52,854 bases of DNA from Candidatus Liptonbacteria bacterium. GTDB lineage: Bacteria > Patescibacteriota > Minisyncoccia > UBA6257 > 2-01-FULL-56-20. The translations under genes and the position numbers were made by a program. The stretch is from NCBI GenBank assembly GCA_023244935.1, contig JAHFLJ010000002.1, positions 1-52,854 on the forward strand. Reading direction: 5' to 3'. The notes under the pieces are model-generated. The model saw nothing but the letters and a program-made list of their open reading frames with translations. It was not told the origin of the DNA and did not search any database. Shown here piece by piece: positions 52,101 through 52,854 of this stretch (the first letter of the stretch is position 1; each line of letters opens with the position of its first letter).

Positions 52101-52854
52101 GCGTTTACACGAAGGTAATCGACGGAAAGATTTCCTAGTGGAGTACTGGAAGCAAAATATCTCATTCTCATTTGGCCGTTGTTCACAAAATTAGAGAGAG
52201 GCGTGGCTATGGGGATGCCGCTCGTTGAATTTGTTGTCCAATATCCGTCGTAGATAGACCATTGCAAAACATCTCCTGCGCCTGCCGTGTCGTTATAGAA
52301 GTAAGGAGTGTTGTTAACAGTTCTGGAGTTCAAATAGCGCCAACCACCTCCGGTACACCTGGCGTCCGCTGCATGATCTACCGAAGAAGTGGATACAAAG
52401 TCACAAATTTCCAGGAGCAAGTTTGTAGTCGTAGTTGCGACAACGATATCAGTTTCTACAATCAGTTTATTGGCGCCATTCAATTGAAAGTTATCAAAAA
52501 CAAGATTCATATCTATACCGCTTGCCGTGGTGGAGGCGCGCCAATGGAAAGAGTCGTCGGCAAGGGTTCCCTTCCAGGAACCGACGTTCATTCCGGTTGT
52601 GGCAGCTGCTCCTTCGGAGCGAATAGGCATTTCATTACCGGTTACAAGTTGGCCCCCGGTGGGAGTGAATTGGTAGGTTTCCGATGGATGGCTTCCGTCT
52701 TCCGTCCACTGTATCGTCGCCATCATAAAGTCTATGTTCGGACTGAAATTGGTTGACGTGGGTGCGTCAACTGTAGTGCGGATGTTCATACTCATTCGGT
52801 TGTTGACTGTATCCACGTAGTCTTCGGGATTGGTTGTGAACCCGTGCAAGCCGC
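49148..52854 (-). CDS. giant surface protein (>1,233 aa, N-terminus outside the window) with a seven-unit delta-60-type repeat region and a Gly-rich C-terminus
   Basis: The frame is open to the window edge; the ORF-track Met is a TTG inside GLHGFTT. There are seven ~55-aa repeats ending W(R/Y/I)(L/I/V)EKR..(T/S)(T/D)G.L...F...G (for example WYLEKRNATTGLLDSNFGVSG). A ~170-aa module ending LHGFTTNPEDYVDTVNNRMSMNIRTTVDAPTSTNFSPNIDFMMAT.QWT is duplicated. Confidence 0.7.
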   Translation of the reverse strand, partial: GLHGFTTNPEDYVDTVNNRMSMNIRTTVDAPTSTNFSPNIDFMMATIQWTEDGSHPSETYQFTPTGGQLVTGNEMPIRSEGAAATTGMNVGSWKGTLADDSFHWRASTTASGIDMNLVFDNFQLNGANKLIVETDIVVATTTTNLLLEICDFVSTSSVDHAADARCTGGGWRYLNSRTVNNTPYFYNDTAGAGDVLQWSIYDGYWTTNSTSGIPIATPLSNFVNNGQMRMRYFASSTPLGNLSVDYLRVNAIVDPIYSAAGFNKNSGGTVTGIYPNTQIFGNVVGGIMSNTAGDGILLSVPGTAATTSDFYLTFDNVKAYNGMNTILVATEAYCSAATQNLQYQFAIRNFTGSTWENISQPIDCLAASPMNYFAKNSATIGDYISSSSEIWIRDYGLSTSTTSLVIDSIYLTLGSTPTSTDVSFGTSTAGRLVINGSVGEDRPAYIAEDGTYMYVGGFGSNGGDRRWRLEKRNLSDGALVTAFASSGVAISDPSITNDEINSVVLAGDSVFTVGYASSTNDSIWYLEKRNATTGLLDSNFGVSGATSSNPSVRLDRATGMTTDGNYLYIVGTDFSSSAANSSWRIEKRATSTGALVAAFGVNGTTSSNPGTGLDTPYTVNVIGNDLYVAGSASSTTMLNTGWRVEKRDATTGAFVGTFATSGVLESNPTTLVDEIYSMTNDGNFLYFAGYASSTLNGGTGRARLEKRATSTGALVTAFDTDGIVEMNHTAATGEIWQSVRTDATGVYLAGVDSLTIGTVGRLRIDKYDITTGVATTTFDGDGHVAAEEGSEDQFMALAVDGGNLYAVGYGSSTPSGTKWIIEKRNATTGLLSTSTPTFGNSYPTSTWNINTTGDTNSWNLLAEDESANMGTGNDYYPLNTDANATIGEAVAANFNFGVTVPSGAAVTSLYYAARFAPGASSTMQVGIRDYSGLSGALGGWTAWGAAQTLAMSYQDAVTIGGVGVSGLHGFTTNPEDYVDTVNNRMSMNIRTTVDAPTSTNFSPNIDFMMATFQWTGATSYVPPVSGVKTLTLSDHIVGQQTNQFDINETQVTSSTLFRYKLTSSSGSISITATTITISAQSGFESADITNAKLYLDSNANGIVDIEDSQLGSNGTTTITNGTGSIFFGNNWTVATTSQVLLQLNVINIGYADYLNLLLHTENITTTDSKTGFVTGVNHAKPFRYFGGGGDDGFEGAPPVTGTLLGGEIDGGDSGNPGGGTVSGGGADGGGGEAP

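Noticed and set aside
49808-52854. A diversity-generating retroelement (template/variable repeat pair) as the explanation for the duplicated segment in the giant protein
   Set aside because: The two copies are identical over 121 nt with no adenine-specific mismatches. Both lie in the same ORF in the same orientation, and no reverse transcriptase gene is in the window.
1-52854. Alternative genetic code (UGA read as Gly or Trp), as in some CPR lineages
   Set aside because: Some well-conserved genes end at TGA at the expected length, for example trmD. No conserved gene requires read-through of an in-frame TGA, so the standard bacterial code fits.

Overview
This 52.9-kb window looks like a compact, moderately AT-rich bacterial genome segment of the Patescibacteria/CPR type. 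That placement is an inference from several traits: tightly packed and overlapping genes, the standard genetic code with TGA used as a stop, a sigma-region-4-only HTH protein, pilin-like and giant surface proteins, and dense REP-like palindromes.

The backbone is housekeeping: secD-secF, trmD, a split comEC, ftsW-murG, gltX, murC, pyrD, rseP-frr-holB-mreB, rpmA/rplI, a ctpA-like S41 peptidase and def-fmt.

Four regions are not ordinary.

(1) 0.2-6.2 kb holds five small plus-strand cassettes. They are separated by repeated copies of a terminator hairpin plus decaying relics of the 3' end of the minus-strand gene 6213..6977. One cassette carries a candidate radical-SAM RiPP locus: a GC-rich 83-aa ORF with six Tyr-x-Asp triplets, an attenuator-like hairpin, an anSME-like rSAM/SPASM enzyme and a transglutaminase-like Cys protease.

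(2) 7.5-8.4 kb holds an intact tRNA-Lys(UUU) nested between the 5' and 3' halves of a second tRNA-Lys-like gene. It is flanked by about 40-nt inverted repeats and by REP-like elements.

(3) 11.7-17.9 kb holds a membrane protein, a small membrane protein with an Rx4H (HEPN-like) motif and a VirD4/TraD-like ATPase. These are welded by overlaps to trmD and to a split ComEC.

(4) 41.5-52.85 kb is a nine-gene minus-strand surface island. It encodes two membrane-anchored cohesin-like proteins, an FN3-dockerin protein, a Csc/WxL-like trio, two small anchored proteins and a giant protein of more than 1,233 aa. The giant protein has a seven-unit delta-60-type repeat region, and a 121-nt internal segment of it is repeated exactly at the window edge.

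No rRNA gene, CRISPR array, transposase or integrase is visible. All homology statements come from motif recognition by eye; no searches were run.
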